From the NCBI GenBank assembly GCA_051047955.1, contig JBPGPT010000004.1, positions 248,001-312,000 of the forward strand: 64,000 nucleotides of DNA. The letters run 5' to 3'. The stretch comes from Cystobasidiomycetes sp. EMM_F5. Its lineage: Eukaryota. The notes beneath the pieces were generated by a model that was not told the origin of the DNA, searched no databases, and was given only the letters and a program-made list of their open reading frames with translations. Each line of letters begins with the position of its first letter. Position 1 is the stretch's first letter. Positions 1 through 12,603 of this stretch are shown here, in pieces. The position numbers and the translations under genes were made by a program.

Positions 1-813
1 CCGGACAGAATTAGCACGAGACACTTGCGAGTGCATGACGTTATAGAGCCTTACAGTAACCCATATCCCACAGTAAGTGTCGGCAGCCGTTCAATGTATG
101 ATAGACGGCAGCTGTGGCGGCAGACGACATCAGACGGGTGATGCTCCCACGGCAGAAAACTACTCACGAGCGCCGAGGATGACCTTGCCGGCAACTTTGG
201 CCCAAAGAGGTGCGCTCGCGACTAGTGAAATAAGGCTGGCTGATGTGAATCCGGAACCGATGAGGGGAAGACCAGCGTATGCAATGGCAAAAGCGTAGAT
301 GCCGGCGGAAAGGCCAGTTCCAGTGACACGATTAGCGATAGAAGAGATCCATCCGAGTTGAGGCTCGTAGATTGTGCTGTTATGATATTGTACCATTAGC
401 CTGGCCGGAACAAGATGGACAAGACTACTGAAAGCCCACAAATGAGGAGAGCTCGGTCGAAGTGCGCGCTGCTTGTTCAGCAACTGGAGGGCTTCCTCTG
501 ATGTCGTGGCCTGTGTCGAAACCGACCTGCGTATCCAATTTCCGACATTAGCTATCTTGACCCAATTGCCCGGATTGCATTCCATTCTCACCTGGGCTTC
601 GGGACTGTGGCTTTCGCAGAAGCAGACGCCGCTGCTCTGAACAGGACACCGTTATGCGACGCCTGCGCAGTCTCTGCAGCGGACAATGCGATCCAGCAGA
701 GAAAATGAAGTCCCATCAGCCGCTGTCCATCGATCCGTCCAACGCTGCCCGGTTCACATACTCTGCGCGAGCTTGGTCAGCGCTCGCTGCTGGAGGATAC
801 GTGTTGCCTGCAT
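1..813 (-). CDS. SDH3: Succinate dehydrogenase cytochrome b subunit (SDHC), multi-exon, 3' end runs off window
   Basis: Spliced translation MQATRILQQRALTKLAQ...LNKQRALRPSSPHF|TIYEPQLGWISSIANRVTG...AVYHTLNGCRHLLWDMGY matches the SdhC motifs RPxSPH, R-x-TG and H-x2-NG-x-RHL-x-WD; mitochondrial presequence-like N-terminus; GT-AG introns visible. Confidence 0.93.
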
Positions 814-1153
814 TGCTGGAGTTGGGGGATATGGAAGTAATGTACGAACGAGGCTTATGGCTGGCGGCTGATTTGCTAGGCGAACTAAGATCGGAGACGA
901 CCGGGCAAGCACAATCAAGCCCGGGTTGGAAAGTAAAGACACTATACCCAGCATTAGCGGGTCAGACACAAAAAGCACATCTATATACAGACTGGCTACA
1001 TCCGTATCCCCCTCCTGAAATCAGATACTTCCAGCTCCGCTTTACATACCGTCTGTACTGAATCCGAAGCTCGAATGAATGTTGATAGTGAAACAGGACA
1101 CGATCTCGCGTGTATGGAGATTAAACAGACGATAGTGTGTTTGTTTGGCAAGT

Positions 1154-3205
1154 TCAGGCAATCTTGCGAGCCGGAGTTACGACTGCCGTTCTCCTTCTCC
1201 GCTCTGAGCGAGTCGCAGAACCAGGCGTACCATGACTGCTTGCTCGTCGCTTCTGACGCCTATGCGCCGCAGCATGACTGGCTGTACTGCTTGTTGGTGG
1301 CGCATTACCAAGTCCCGGCGACCCCGCAGCAGACGGCGCAGGTGAGACGAGTCTACTGAGAGTTTCTGCAATAGGAGTAGATGGCACAGAGGCTGGAGGT
1401 GTAGTGTAGTGCTTGCGAGAGGCAGTCGTGTTCGGAAAGACGGTGCTGTCCGCACTGAAGACTCCGAGAGGTGGATCAACAGAAGGTGGCCTACTTACGA
1501 ATCCCGAAGCAGCCCCGCTCTGCCCTAACAAAGGTCGCATCGATCCTCTCCTGGTCTGGGAGGCGACGAGAGACGTGCCACGCTCCAGACCTGCATGAGG
1601 CGGAGTTGCGACAGGCATAGTCGAAAAAACAGAAGCAGCATCTTGGCTATTGATGACTTCTGCAGTCGATAGAGCCGGAGGATTCGAAGTTGTGATGGAA
1701 GCGCTCCAGAAGAGGTCTGTGCGCGCAGGTAGAGATTGCGGCAGAGTGGGTACTCTGTCTTTTCTCGCAAAAGGCGAACCTTTCTGTACCTGGAGGAATG
1801 GATTGATCTTGTGTGACTGCTGCAGTAGCGCAAGTGGAGCGTTTCCAACTTTACGGCCCCAACACGAGACGAATACGATCCTTCTCATCTTGCGATTGTA
1901 GAAAAAGTGGTTCGAACTCCACAACAGTCCACCCGTCTCGTCAATGTCGTCTTCGTCATCCTGGGCATGACGGCGCATTCGATCGTCTTCTTCAGACATG
2001 AAGCCATCCATTCCGTCAAAGTCGTTTTCGTATGCATTGGCACTCATGCTCTCCTCATCGTCATCGTGCAGGTTGGTGCTGTAAGTAGCTTGGTGGAGGC
2101 GGACATTACTGTCTTTCCGACCTTGTCTCGAGCCTGCATTCCGTTGTTTATGCTCCTTTTCAGTCAAGGACCAGCTACTGGCAAGCTTGTAAGAGGATGG
2201 TCCTTCTTCCATTCCGCTGTCCGCAGCTGCCATGTACGAATCCTCTTCATCGGCAGGAGCATGGATGCCCGCATCAGAAGCCGATCTGACCATCCCAGTC
2301 TCCTCTCCTCCTTCCTCGCCATCGGCGACATCCTCATACTCATCATCGCTCGGATGAGCATGGGGATCAGAATCGATATCCGGTGTATAGGAATAAGCCT
2401 CACAGTCTTGCAAGTCGATGATGGGATCCAGCACCCTCCTGATGAGCGAATTGGCAGGTATATCGTCCCCTCCTAATCCTCCAAACGTATCGTCTGCAGC
2501 TAGGTCGGTATTCACTCGATTCTCACCAAACAGCTCAGTATGCGGTTTCGCACTGGGTGATTTCCGTTTACTGTTTGCTGGACTGGGTCTTGACCGACTG
2601 TCTGCCCTCAGTCGGCCCTTGCTCCTCGAAGCGCCTAGAGGTGCAATTCCCATCATACCGGGCGGAAGGAAGGGAGGGATACCATGCGGCGAGTCTGGTT
2701 GTATCGACGCAAATGAGCGGTTGTACGACGCGTCTGGCCCCGAACTTCTCAGATGCGACAAGGCAGACGACAGACCCGACAAGACGGAGCGTGCCGATTC
2801 CGCTTTATCAAATTCGTCTGCTGAAACTCTGGAAAAGTCGTGGTCGGGAAATGCGAGATTGAGCGTTGCGATGAGTAGCCACAACGTCTTGCGCGAGCCT
2901 TTGTTGTCGAGTCGACCGAATGCGCTGTCGAGGAGAGCGGAATGGTGTTCTGGTGGAGAGATGGAGGTGGAGAGGGTGAGATCCGTCAGCATGTCGTGCT
3001 CGAGCGTCTTGAATAGCCGTCGTTCCGACTTTATGGCCTTGCAAGAGTAGGCTTCTATCCGCGTACTGACGCGAAGGGACGGTGATGAGAAGGATAGACT
3101 GCGTGAGAGCAAGTCTAGCTCGGGGTATCCGTCGAGGTCTGCCGGCGGTGGGGCTTCAGCGAGGTGCTTTAGATTAGACGTAATCGTCCTCCACTCACAC
3201 TTCAT
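1154..3205 (-). CDS. MAF1: Repressor of RNA polymerase III transcription Maf1
   Basis: MK|YLDGYPEL start after a short intron; Maf1 boxes RIEAYSCK, FGRLDNKGSRKTLWLLIATLNLAFPDHDFS, DCEAYSYTPDIDSDP, LLWSSNHFFYNRKMRRIVF. Confidence 0.95.
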   Translation of the reverse strand: MKCEWRTITSNLKHLAEAPPPADLDGYPELDLLSRSLSFSSPSLRVSTRIEAYSCKAIKSERRLFKTLEHDMLTDLTLSTSISPPEHHSALLDSAFGRLDNKGSRKTLWLLIATLNLAFPDHDFSRVSADEFDKAESARSVLSGLSSALSHLRSSGPDASYNRSFASIQPDSPHGIPPFLPPGMMGIAPLGASRSKGRLRADSRSRPSPANSKRKSPSAKPHTELFGENRVNTDLAADDTFGGLGGDDIPANSLIRRVLDPIIDLQDCEAYSYTPDIDSDPHAHPSDDEYEDVADGEEGGEETGMVRSASDAGIHAPADEEDSYMAAADSGMEEGPSSYKLASSWSLTEKEHKQRNAGSRQGRKDSNVRLHQATYSTNLHDDDEESMSANAYENDFDGMDGFMSEEDDRMRRHAQDDEDDIDETGGLLWSSNHFFYNRKMRRIVFVSCWGRKVGNAPLALLQQSHKINPFLQVQKGSPFARKDRVPTLPQSLPARTDLFWSASITTSNPPALSTAEVINSQDAASVFSTMPVATPPHAGLERGTSLVASQTRRGSMRPLLGQSGAASGFVSRPPSVDPPLGVFSADSTVFPNTTASRKHYTTPPASVPSTPIAETLSRLVSPAPSAAGSPGLGNAPPTSSTASHAAAHRRQKRRASSHGTPGSATRSERRRRTAVVTPARKIA

Positions 3206-4100
3206 GCTGCTTGATTGGGCGGGCAAGGATCTGTCAATGGACTGTTGCTTGAGCTTCTGAGCCTGACAGAAGCGCTGTTGCGCTTTTGCGACCCTTGACA
3301 GCTGTTACAATGGTCGCGGATCTGTTTGTCCGAACCTGGGGAATAGGGGGCGGCAAGCGGCAGATATGAGGTCTGCGTCTGTTTGTGATAGCTCTCGACG
3401 AGTCCAATGCGTTGGTATGGCAAATCCACTCCTTCCGCGTCGTCGAATATGTAGATTGCCGAAACGGGATGTCGTAGGCGACTCGAGTGATAGGAATGAT
3501 ACAAGTAGGCGACGCGTGATCCGTACGATAGCGTGTCGTATACGAAGCTGCAGTTGTTTAATGTGATGCGCTGCACGTTGCGTTGTCGGATGAACGTGCC
3601 CGTCTTGGAGCCTGTTGCCCGTCCTCGATGCCAATATATCAGCAGACCCTGCCCCCAGCTTTCCTCGACGACTGCCGAGACTACTGCTGCATCTTCACGG
3701 TCAGTGTAACATCATGCTCGTGCATTGCTGTCGAATGGAATGGAGCTGGGTCGAGGCCAGGGTTGATGATAACCCGGAGTCTGATTACAATTATGACGGG
3801 TTCCCCTCGGACAATATACACATATGACCAGTGGGCACTCATGAGATGGTAGTCGTACACACGCAGGCAGTCTCGTCAAGAAAACGACCATCAGAGGTCA
3901 CTGCAGAGCTTCAAGAGTCCAAGTCTGTTGTATAGTCGGGCAATTACCCAGCTCTGTCTGCATATGCAATATTGTCAGCCCCCGCGACTGTCCACTGCAT
4001 TGTCCATATTCAATGCTTATTGCCGTTGTTGGGTGTTTTGTTTCCAACCTGATCTGTCGCCAAGTTCTCCCTCTGACCAGTCTTGACGCCTCGATACAGC

Positions 4101-5736
4101 ATGGCAGCTCCGATGAGTGCAGCGTCGTCGAATGGACGGCATGCAGCGGGGGGCAGTATGGCCGTCGACGGGACTGCGGATGGCTCGCCGCCTCTGAGGC
4201 CAGGTAAGTCGCGGATTGTCAATATTGACAGACTGACGCGCTGTTGCGAAAAGCATACGTTGACATTGATGCTGACACTGACTCGCACGTCTGACCTTCT
4301 TTCAACGCATCTCTTACCGCCTCCATCGCAGAAGAAGCCATTCTACTAGACGCCCTGCGCGCATCCCTCGGTCAGCTATCGAACGTGCAAGCATCCCTCA
4401 AAGACTCTGTAGCTTCCCTCAACACTCTCCAGCAACGGTGGTCTGAGCTGGCCAATGTCCAAGAGAGCAGGAGGGGCGACGGCGGACAGAGCGGAGAGGC
4501 TACCCCATCGAGCAGCGATGCAAGTGAGGTGAATAGAGAGTATGACGAGTACAAGATTCAGCTGGAGCAGGCTATTGCGAGTATAAGAGCGGAAACGGCC
4601 ACCGAGAAGAGGTGGGTAAAAGACTGGCTGGATTGCACACATCCTCATGATTCACGTTTCATACATTTTCAGCCTCGCTGCTCAAGCATTGCTGCACCTG
4701 ACTGCCCTGACAGCTCAACAGAGTCCGCACGACGCCGACGCCAGTGGTGAGTTTGGTTCGATGTCTCCTTCTCCACCATGCAGAGTCATCATTCCAAACC
4801 ATCTGAATCCATTACGCAGATTCGTATGCTGCGTCTGTAACCCAGGCTGGCGGTCAGACACTACCGAAACGAGCTGCAAAGAAGCGTCGGCTCGACAGTG
4901 TGACGAGCGGGCGAGATTCGCCTGTCCCTCCGGATCACCTTACCCTTCCGAGCGATCTGAGTCTGTCGACCTCTTCAGCCGGTGGAATAGGAGATACTGC
5001 TGGTCTACGGTCCGCTCGAGTCTCTCCTGTCCCGCCATCGACGACCCGAGCGACGTCTGCACGCATGCAAATGTCCCTATCGAGAGAAGGGATCCAATCT
5101 CCCATCAACAGTCCAGCTCTGGAAAGAGGCAACCCGCTCGATCATGCTTCTGCCTTACGGCTGTCGTTGGCAGGAGGTTCATCAGCTGCTTCAGAAGCTG
5201 GTACACCACTCTCTGCATCTACGCCTCTTACAGCTTCTCGACCACGACCTCCATCACTCGCGCCACGCCTACTCACTAGCAAAGAACGTAAAGAGCTCAT
5301 CGAGGCTCAACTGCCGCTACGTATAGGTAGGCTAGTAGCATTTCGCCCCCCAAACAAGATCAAGACACCACGCAGCGCAACCGAAGCCGAGACGGACTTT
5401 TTCCTTGCCAAAGTCATCGAGTGCGTCAATGGCGACAAGAACAAGTACAAAGTCCAAGATGAGGACGATGCGAAAAAGGTCTATACGGCAACGATGAATT
5501 CAAAATCGATTCAACTGCTCCCTGACCCGCAGGATAAGAGTACTTACTCGGCACCCTACTTTCCAGTCGGTTCACAGGTGTTTGCAATGTATCCAGATAC
5601 AACAGTCTTCTATAGGGCTACGGTCATCAACGTGCCAGGTTCCGGAAAGAAGCTCAATTACAAGGTCACATTCTACGACGATAACGATGCTGTCAAATCG
5701 ATCTCTGTCGACCACGTCACGGAGGCAGTCACATAA
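4101..5736 (+). CDS. SGF29: SAGA-associated factor 29 (tandem Tudor), multi-exon
   Basis: N-terminal coiled-coil exon, then C-terminal tandem Tudor: GRLVAFR...FFLAKVIE...YKVQDED...FPVGSQVFAMYPDTTVFYRATV...YKVTFYDD; 5' exon structure approximate. Confidence 0.88.
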
Positions 5737-6024
5737 ATCCGACAGCAAACACATCCCCATCACAGGGCGCGTACGTAGAGCACATCAGGTCTATGCGCAA
5801 TTTACGCCAAGAAGCCATGGTGGCGAAATTGCCGTGATCGAAAATAATGGCGCTGTGAATTCCCAATACACACTGCCTGTCGATTGTCCCTCTGGTCTGG
5901 CCGGTCGGTTCTGTGCATACCTTTCCTTCAACCCCGCCAGAGCTGTACCCTTTGGGTCTTCGACGTTCGGACCCTGCGAAGCTTTGCTGGATCAGTTTTG
6001 AGTGCTTCTAGTCGCCACCTGCAC

Positions 6025-7491
6025 ATGCGGTGTTTCTGGTCTGGGACAATCTTCGTCATTCTAGCTTTCCAAGACGCAGCAGCATCAGCGCTACATCTAT
6101 TGAATAGACTCGATAAACATGGAGATGCCTCTCGGTCATATCAGCTTCTTGGTCGAGCTACCACCAATGCCACTCAAAATAGCACGACAGTACCGCTGGG
6201 CGCCAGAGCGGTGCATGGGCTAGGAAAGGACTGGATGCAGGTCAACAGCATATATCTCGGGTTCCTACCTGATTGGAGTAGAGAAGGACCCATTTCAATC
6301 AACCAAGCTCTTGGAAAATCGATGGCCATAGTGTGAGGAATTAGGCGCAGGTCGTCTCATGCAACCTCAGGATACTCATATGTCTTACCGAATTACACAG
6401 AGGCGACTACATTGACATATATCAGAACGACGTCTCGCTATCGCAAATAACCTATCATACCGCCGAATTGTTGCGCCTAAGGTCGCTCTCTGTGTACGCC
6501 CCAGCGATACGGCCCAGGTTTACGCTCGACAAGTGGACATCCGCAATGTCTTTGGCAGTCGCAGCGAAATGCGCTCAGCTCAATCAGCAGGGTCTGACAG
6601 TCTGGCTGCGATTCGCTTGGGAGATGAATGGCGACTGGTACGAGTATGGCAGCGATCCAACACATTTTGTGCCTGCGTGGAAGTCGGTCGCCGACGCTGT
6701 GCGAAGCCAGACGAACAGGACCTATATGCTATGGAGTCCCAATGTCCGGTATGGCGATGTTGGCGATTCTGCTGGATATACTCAGTACTATCCCGGGCGG
6801 AGTTGTACGTGAAAATTTCTCTTTGCGCACAGATACTCACGTCTGACCGGACTTCAGACGTTGACATTGCGGGACTCTCCTTCTATGCGCCATATAACAA
6901 TGGACAAGATTCGCCGACCGGGAGTTTTTCCAGCGGTCTCAATTCCTTCTATAAGCTAGTGAGGGTGATTGTCTCTATTAGTCGTATCAGGCTGACCCAA
7001 TTAGCCTGCAGTACGGGCAGAATCACCCCATCGTCATATCGGAATCAGCAGCGGCCATGACGTACGCGATACCGTCGTCATTACAATCCACAGCATGTAG
7101 CGATTGCGATATCCAAGGCGCTCTGCCTACCGTCTCGAGCCTTGCTGCAATACCTGCTTCTGGCGCTTCCGACACGACACTCAAGAAGAGTTGGTTTGAT
7201 CAGCTGGTCTCGGACCAGTCTGCTGGACGGTACCCAAACCTCACAGCAGTGTGCTGGTTCAATCACTTCAAGGTCGGAAGCACGCATGGCAACGACACGG
7301 AAAGACTGGTCGACTTTCGGGCCGTGGGTGGGAACAGCAATACGGAGCAGGTGTTCAGACAGATAGCGGGTAACGTGTCGGCGTACCAAGGAGGATATTC
7401 TGGACACGCTTGGCGGCGTGCACAATTTGGTAGCGGGAGTACGACGATAGCGCTGGTCACAGCGCTTGTAGCTATATGGCGTAGTATATAG
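6025..7491 (+). CDS. Secreted, probably GPI/membrane-anchored glycoside hydrolase family 26 (beta-mannanase-like), multi-exon
   Basis: Signal peptide MRCFWSGTIFVILAFQDAAAS; GH26 motifs WLRFAWEMNGDWY (acid/base Glu), MLWSPN, YYPG..VDIAGLSFY, PIVISES (nucleophile Glu), CWFN; hydrophobic C-terminal tail. Confidence 0.88.
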
Positions 7492-8561
7492 ATTGCCGCG
7501 GGCGTCTGTAGCAGTAGATTATCGGTGTCTTGGAGGCTAAGGTAGATGACTATCCGTTAGCATAATAATCAAAAGAATCAATGGCTCATCCAACATGGTC
7601 CGCAAGATGAGACTGGATACGGTCTTCAACGAAATTGGAATGTTGAACGCATTGCAAGCGGTTGATTCAGCTGAAGGCGCAGACTCGTAGACTCGTCTTT
7701 TGTCCCATGTACGACGTTTGCCAAGTCATCTCCGACATATCTGCCTGTTGAATGGCGGAGGACGATGAACACTCTGGCCAGGACATGAGCTCCCAATGGC
7801 CTTTGATGCGGCGTTCGGACTGGCTTTAATAATGTTCCGCGTCGTTGAGACTCCTCTCCACGTTTGAGCTGCTAACATCGGCGTAGGTGACGTTGATGCT
7901 CGAGCCTGGCTCGACACAATGTCGAGATTGCCCGATTCTGGCAGGTGAAGGATGTCCCGGCTGGTTGGCTGGGGTCACTGAGCTCGCTGAAGTAGTTTGA
8001 GGTATGCTAGTGTCAGCGTAGGCTGATCCGGGACTTCACTAGTCTGGGCGGCATTATGCATGCTAGCTTTGATGCGGACTGATATTTCGACACAGTGTAA
8101 AAGACGCGTCGTCATATTCACACAATCTCTGCATTGAAGCAATCTGAACTGATTTTTCAAACTCGGACAACGGACAGAGACGCAGCTTGATGCAGGCGTA
8201 AACGCATCGCAAGAAGCAGCGAGATCTTGTCGAGTCCAGCATTGCGGTGTTACGGTCCTCTAGGCACAGACCCCACGTTTCCTGTTCCGGAATTGCGACA
8301 GGGCCTCTCCAATCGATTTTCTTGCGGGCGGAATTTGCTGATGACGGTACGTATAGACGTCAAATTTTGTTGAGAAGCTGGCATGAGAGCCTTTCGCAAG
8401 GGCTTGACTCTGTTCTACGGTGCAAGCAGGCCAGTGAACTCCTAATGAAAGCCTGAAACCATGCCCGAGCTGCGGTAGCACTATTTCTGGTCCCGTCCCG
8501 TACGCACATTTGGGGACATGCCGTCTGGGCCGAACAATTCGGCTACAGATAGAGGAGAACG

Positions 8562-11206
8562 ATGCAGAATATCGGTCAGCTGCTCAACCCGCCGGGTGAC
8601 GTGAATATCATCGTCCAAGCTGGGCTTCGAGAAGCCGCTGCTGCTTTGCATGCTCCGCCCGGCCCGCTTGGTGTCAATGTCAACCCCTATACTTGGCTGC
8701 AGTCTTTCTATCAGTATCGCGGTCTGCGTGAAGCATTCGGTCATCAAGTCCAAGTTCTGTTTCTTCTGGCTAGCATGTGAGTTGACAATTGCTTTTCTGC
8801 GTAGGTGTCGGCCAGTCGGAATTGCACTTTCTGACGCCACATATATCTGTCTCAACCTGCCCTATCCGCGTAAATAACAGTGCTGCGGTACTATCTTTCG
8901 TGACTCTGGTTCTGCAATGGCGCCAGCGACATGAACAGCCACCTACGTTTTGGTTTGTACGCAAGTTCAGGCATGATCACTCAAAATGGGCATACTGGGT
9001 GCCCCATCCTACCAACATTGTGTTACTGGGAACTCTGTTAACAAGCATTTGTGAGTCAGTATGCTTCTCGATTCTGATGTTCTATTGACTTCCTAGCCAC
9101 GGCCCTGCAGTGTTGATCACATATCTTTCTTTCGCATACGATGCCTGGCAGAACGACCACCAGCAGAGAGCGATCAAGATAGGTAGCTGGTTCCCGGCTG
9201 CCTGGTGAGCGATAGCATTGCTTCATATTTGACGATAAATATACTGAAACTTGGCTCCGCTCCATAGGGTCACATTCTTCGCTGTCGTTTGGCTATCTGG
9301 CTTCGGATCGCTATACCTCACATTCTTGATTCCCACTCGTTTCACCCGCCGTAGTACTTTGACTGGCATCAAGCGATGGCTATCACCGGTCGTCAATAAC
9401 GTTCTATGTTTCGGCGTGCCCTGTCTCGTCTACGTCACTCTCTTGCCTCTTCAAGTTCGACAAAGTGAGTGTATGCGCGTGGCGATGAGGAGCCTGAGCA
9501 ACTTGAATGCGACTATGGACATACTGGCTCGAGAATGGACACCGAATGGGCCAGTATTTACGCCGGTTGATCAAGCCGTCCTCTTTCTCCAGATGGCTCA
9601 GACTGCTTCTGCGGATGTACAATCTTGGCGCAACGTCTGGACAGCTGAGTTGGCGGTGTGGTCCCTCTGGACGATCCTTGCTATGGCTGTAAGTTTGCAA
9701 TTTCAGTTTCGAAGCCGATACAGGGCTGAGCGATACACTGTGTATTGGAGGTTGCGGTGCCAATGATCCTGACTCTAGTCTTGTCGACACATCGTCGCAT
9801 CCGTCGTATGGCTGCGATCAACCATGACGTGTTTCTTCCAACATTGGGCAAGGACACCGCACCAATCGTACATAGCCCGCTCGGCACCTCGCCGACGGCG
9901 TCTACAGTCAAATTTGACACCCCTCGATCTTTTCTCCACCTTTCGGACCGTAACATTACTTCAAGTATCAATTTGGAGGCATGGGCTCGGGATCCATCCT
10001 CAGCGTGCCCTTCGGGGCCAGCCTCTGTTGCGCAAACACCAAACTTGCGCGACTTTCAGAGTCAGCCCTTCTTTACATTTTCCAGTGCAATAACTGCAGA
10101 AGACTCTCCAACGGTTCATCTCCCTCGTGTAACGAGTTTCAGTACATTAGCACCATCGGCATTTGAAGCAGAGCGATCGCTGCCTGCATCTCCCAGACGA
10201 TCTCCCCATGTGCGATCAATGTCATTACCTGCTCTCAGCATACCAACCTCGGCAGAGTTGAGTGCAAACCCAGGGCTACCTTCGCTACCATCAACTCCGG
10301 CGACTCCAGGGTCGCATCAATCCCGCTTTTCCAGCCACAATTCCACAGCAAGCCTTGTCCCACAAAATCATCGAGCCAGCCTGAAATCAATGCGGAGGAT
10401 GTCGAGCTATGCAATCTTCCCCAGCCGGGTTCCGGATGCAGACGGGCGCAGAAGCAGTAGATCCAGCTCGGATTCCGGAGAGCTAAACAAGCGCTATTGT
10501 ATGTCATCATCCGGGCTAGCTTGTGGGGTTTGAGAGCTGACAATGCAATACAGGGTTTGTCGCCGGACAGTATATTACAGTCTTCCTCATCATGGCTTTC
10601 CTCTGTGGATTTGCAGTCTTTCAAGCTGTGACTGCCGACTCTATACTTACCGACTGTAGTAAAAGCAATTTGGCCACCCTTGTCGTCGCCTGGCTATACT
10701 GCATTCTCGTCAACCTATGGCTGGCTTTGAACCTTGTTCGCTTGCTCAAGACTGCTCGTAATGCACGAAGCAACAAGACTGCTAGCCAACAAGGCGGAGC
10801 ACGCGCTACAGATGACCAAGATGTGACTCGAGACCGTGGTGAGGATATTGTTGGCAGTAACAATCGCAAAGGACGCGGTACGTCACCGCGCAATATATCT
10901 AGCAGTGTTGTGTCGGCACCTTCACATTGGCGACGCGGTTCGGCACATGGTTCAGTAGGTACTGGACGCTCACATTACAGTGGCACAACGTTTGTTGGTG
11001 GTTCTGGTCCATTTGGAGGTCTGCAGCTATCTGTGGATGAAGAGGATGAGCAAGATAGCACACCGACTGAAAGGCCGGGGGACGAATGGCATCACGGATC
11101 TTTGCGCCGCAGATCGAGCGCCTGGCACACGCAGTCGAACAACATGGACATTATGGAAGCTCTCAATCTTTCCACTTCGTTGGAAGCGAGGCCGAGAGAA
11201 GTATAG
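8562..11206 (+). CDS. Orphan seven-transmembrane (GPCR-like topology) protein, multi-exon
   Basis: Joining ORF fragments across GT-AG introns gives 7 hydrophobic segments with a ~250-aa Ser/Pro-rich loop between the 5th and 6th and a polar C-tail; no family recognised. Confidence 0.72.
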
Positions 11207-11496
11207 ACATACCCTGAAAAGTTATTTATGAAAGTTTCGGAATTTCTAGTATGTGAAAAAGGTCGGGACCTCACCGCTGTTTAGTTTATCTGTAGCCCAT
11301 AGCCATCAGTAGCTTCAAATGTCAATAGCAAGCAATCTCTTAACTCGAGCACCTTGCGCATTGATCGAAGGGGCTCTTTACGCCCAAAGCTGGCAGAACC
11401 CTTTGTGTAAATCAAGGTTTGCTGCTGGCTCACAGAAAACTCTGCATTGCGTCCATCGAAGTGTTCCAAGTCTGCGCACCACCTATCGTGGACAAT

Positions 11497-12603
11497 ATGT
11501 CGCTGTCCACACTCGTCTATGCGGTCACCGCTCTGGCAGCCTTGGTCCGGGCAAACGAGCAACCTCACGAATGGCAGCCGGCCACAGCGACACCAGGACT
11601 GTTCGATTGCCAAACTGCAGCAAGTTCAGACCACCAGACGATGCAATTTGGTTTCATTGCGCCAGCGCCGCAAACTCTGTGTAACGGCGATGGTATTGCT
11701 GCTGAGGTGCCGCACGTCAAGCGACAACAGAACGGCGGGAACAATGCCAGCCCGACGATCTCTATTCCACAGACAGCAGCTGTTGGGTGCGTAGTATGGT
11801 GAATGCTACACGACGACAGCCTGACATTTTCCTGATATTGCGCTTTGGCCGCCCCTGATCAACAAAATATCAACGCGTAAACTTCATCAGTGGGCTCAGT
11901 ATGACGCAGCCGCCCATCACTGCTCAAGCTACATACCACAAGATTGCGTCTGTGAGTCGTTGATGCAACGGAGAGTGTCAGAGCAGAATTGCTGAATATC
12001 TAGTACTCGACAGGGCAACTATGTCACTTTTGGCTGGACCTTTAGCGATGTCATTGCTACGCCGTCACGGTTAACCCTACAGGCTTACTGCTCTCAGAAC
12101 GGCTACACCTATCCCGTCGGGCCTACGAATGGAATTGCTGGAGACAGTACACAATTCGCATGGAGTCCGTTCGCATACGAAGCTTCAGGAAACGCAAACC
12201 CTTTGGCAGAAGCGAGTTATACTCTGAGGATTTTTGATGAGCGAGGGTTCTTTGCACAACCTACGGCTGGACGTATGCGACCATATGCCGGATCTGTGTT
12301 TGCCCTCTACCGGCCTCAAACCTGTAGGTTTTGTAAAGTCGATGAATGTGAACGGATGCGTACTGATCGTTCTGTTCTGTAATAGATATGGCCCTTGCTG
12401 GTAAGTCGCATATGATCAGCCTCACTCCAAGCACGCTACTGATGACTTTGTCCTCTGTAGACGGATGGACGTGTGCCGCATGCTCGGCAGCTGCGAGAGC
12501 TACACCGATACATCCTGCCGTCTTGGCTACAGCCTTTGCTATGCTTCTGGGTGCATGGACAATCTATTCTCGATGTGTATGGTGTAGCCAGTCGGTAGTC
12601 TAG
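11497..12603 (+). CDS. Conserved fungal secreted/GPI-type protein of unknown function (recalls DUF7137-type proteins)
   Basis: Signal peptide MSLSTLVYAVTALAALVRA, KR site, spliced core GGLSMTQPP..YHKIAS|GNYVTFGWTFS..AYCSQNGYTYP..YTLRIFDERG..FALYRPQTYMALADGWTCAAC, hydrophobic C-terminus; includes a 15-nt micro-exon 12386-12400; family name from memory, unverified. Confidence 0.75.

Noticed and set aside
2418..3050. 210-aa plus-strand ORF (and similar long antisense ORFs at 26054-26641, 37688-38188, 40503-41087)
   Set aside because: Antisense shadows of well-supported genes (MAF1, DDB1, CCT5, MIC60), expected in GC-rich coding DNA; no protein-like features
3762..3800. TGATGA...CTGA resembling C/D-box snoRNA boxes
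   Set aside because: Boxes only ~12 nt apart, with no recognisable guide or terminal stem
7500..8500. 1-kb gap with a few splice-like signals
   Set aside because: No coherent spliced ORF or RNA-gene signature could be built; treated as UTR/promoter
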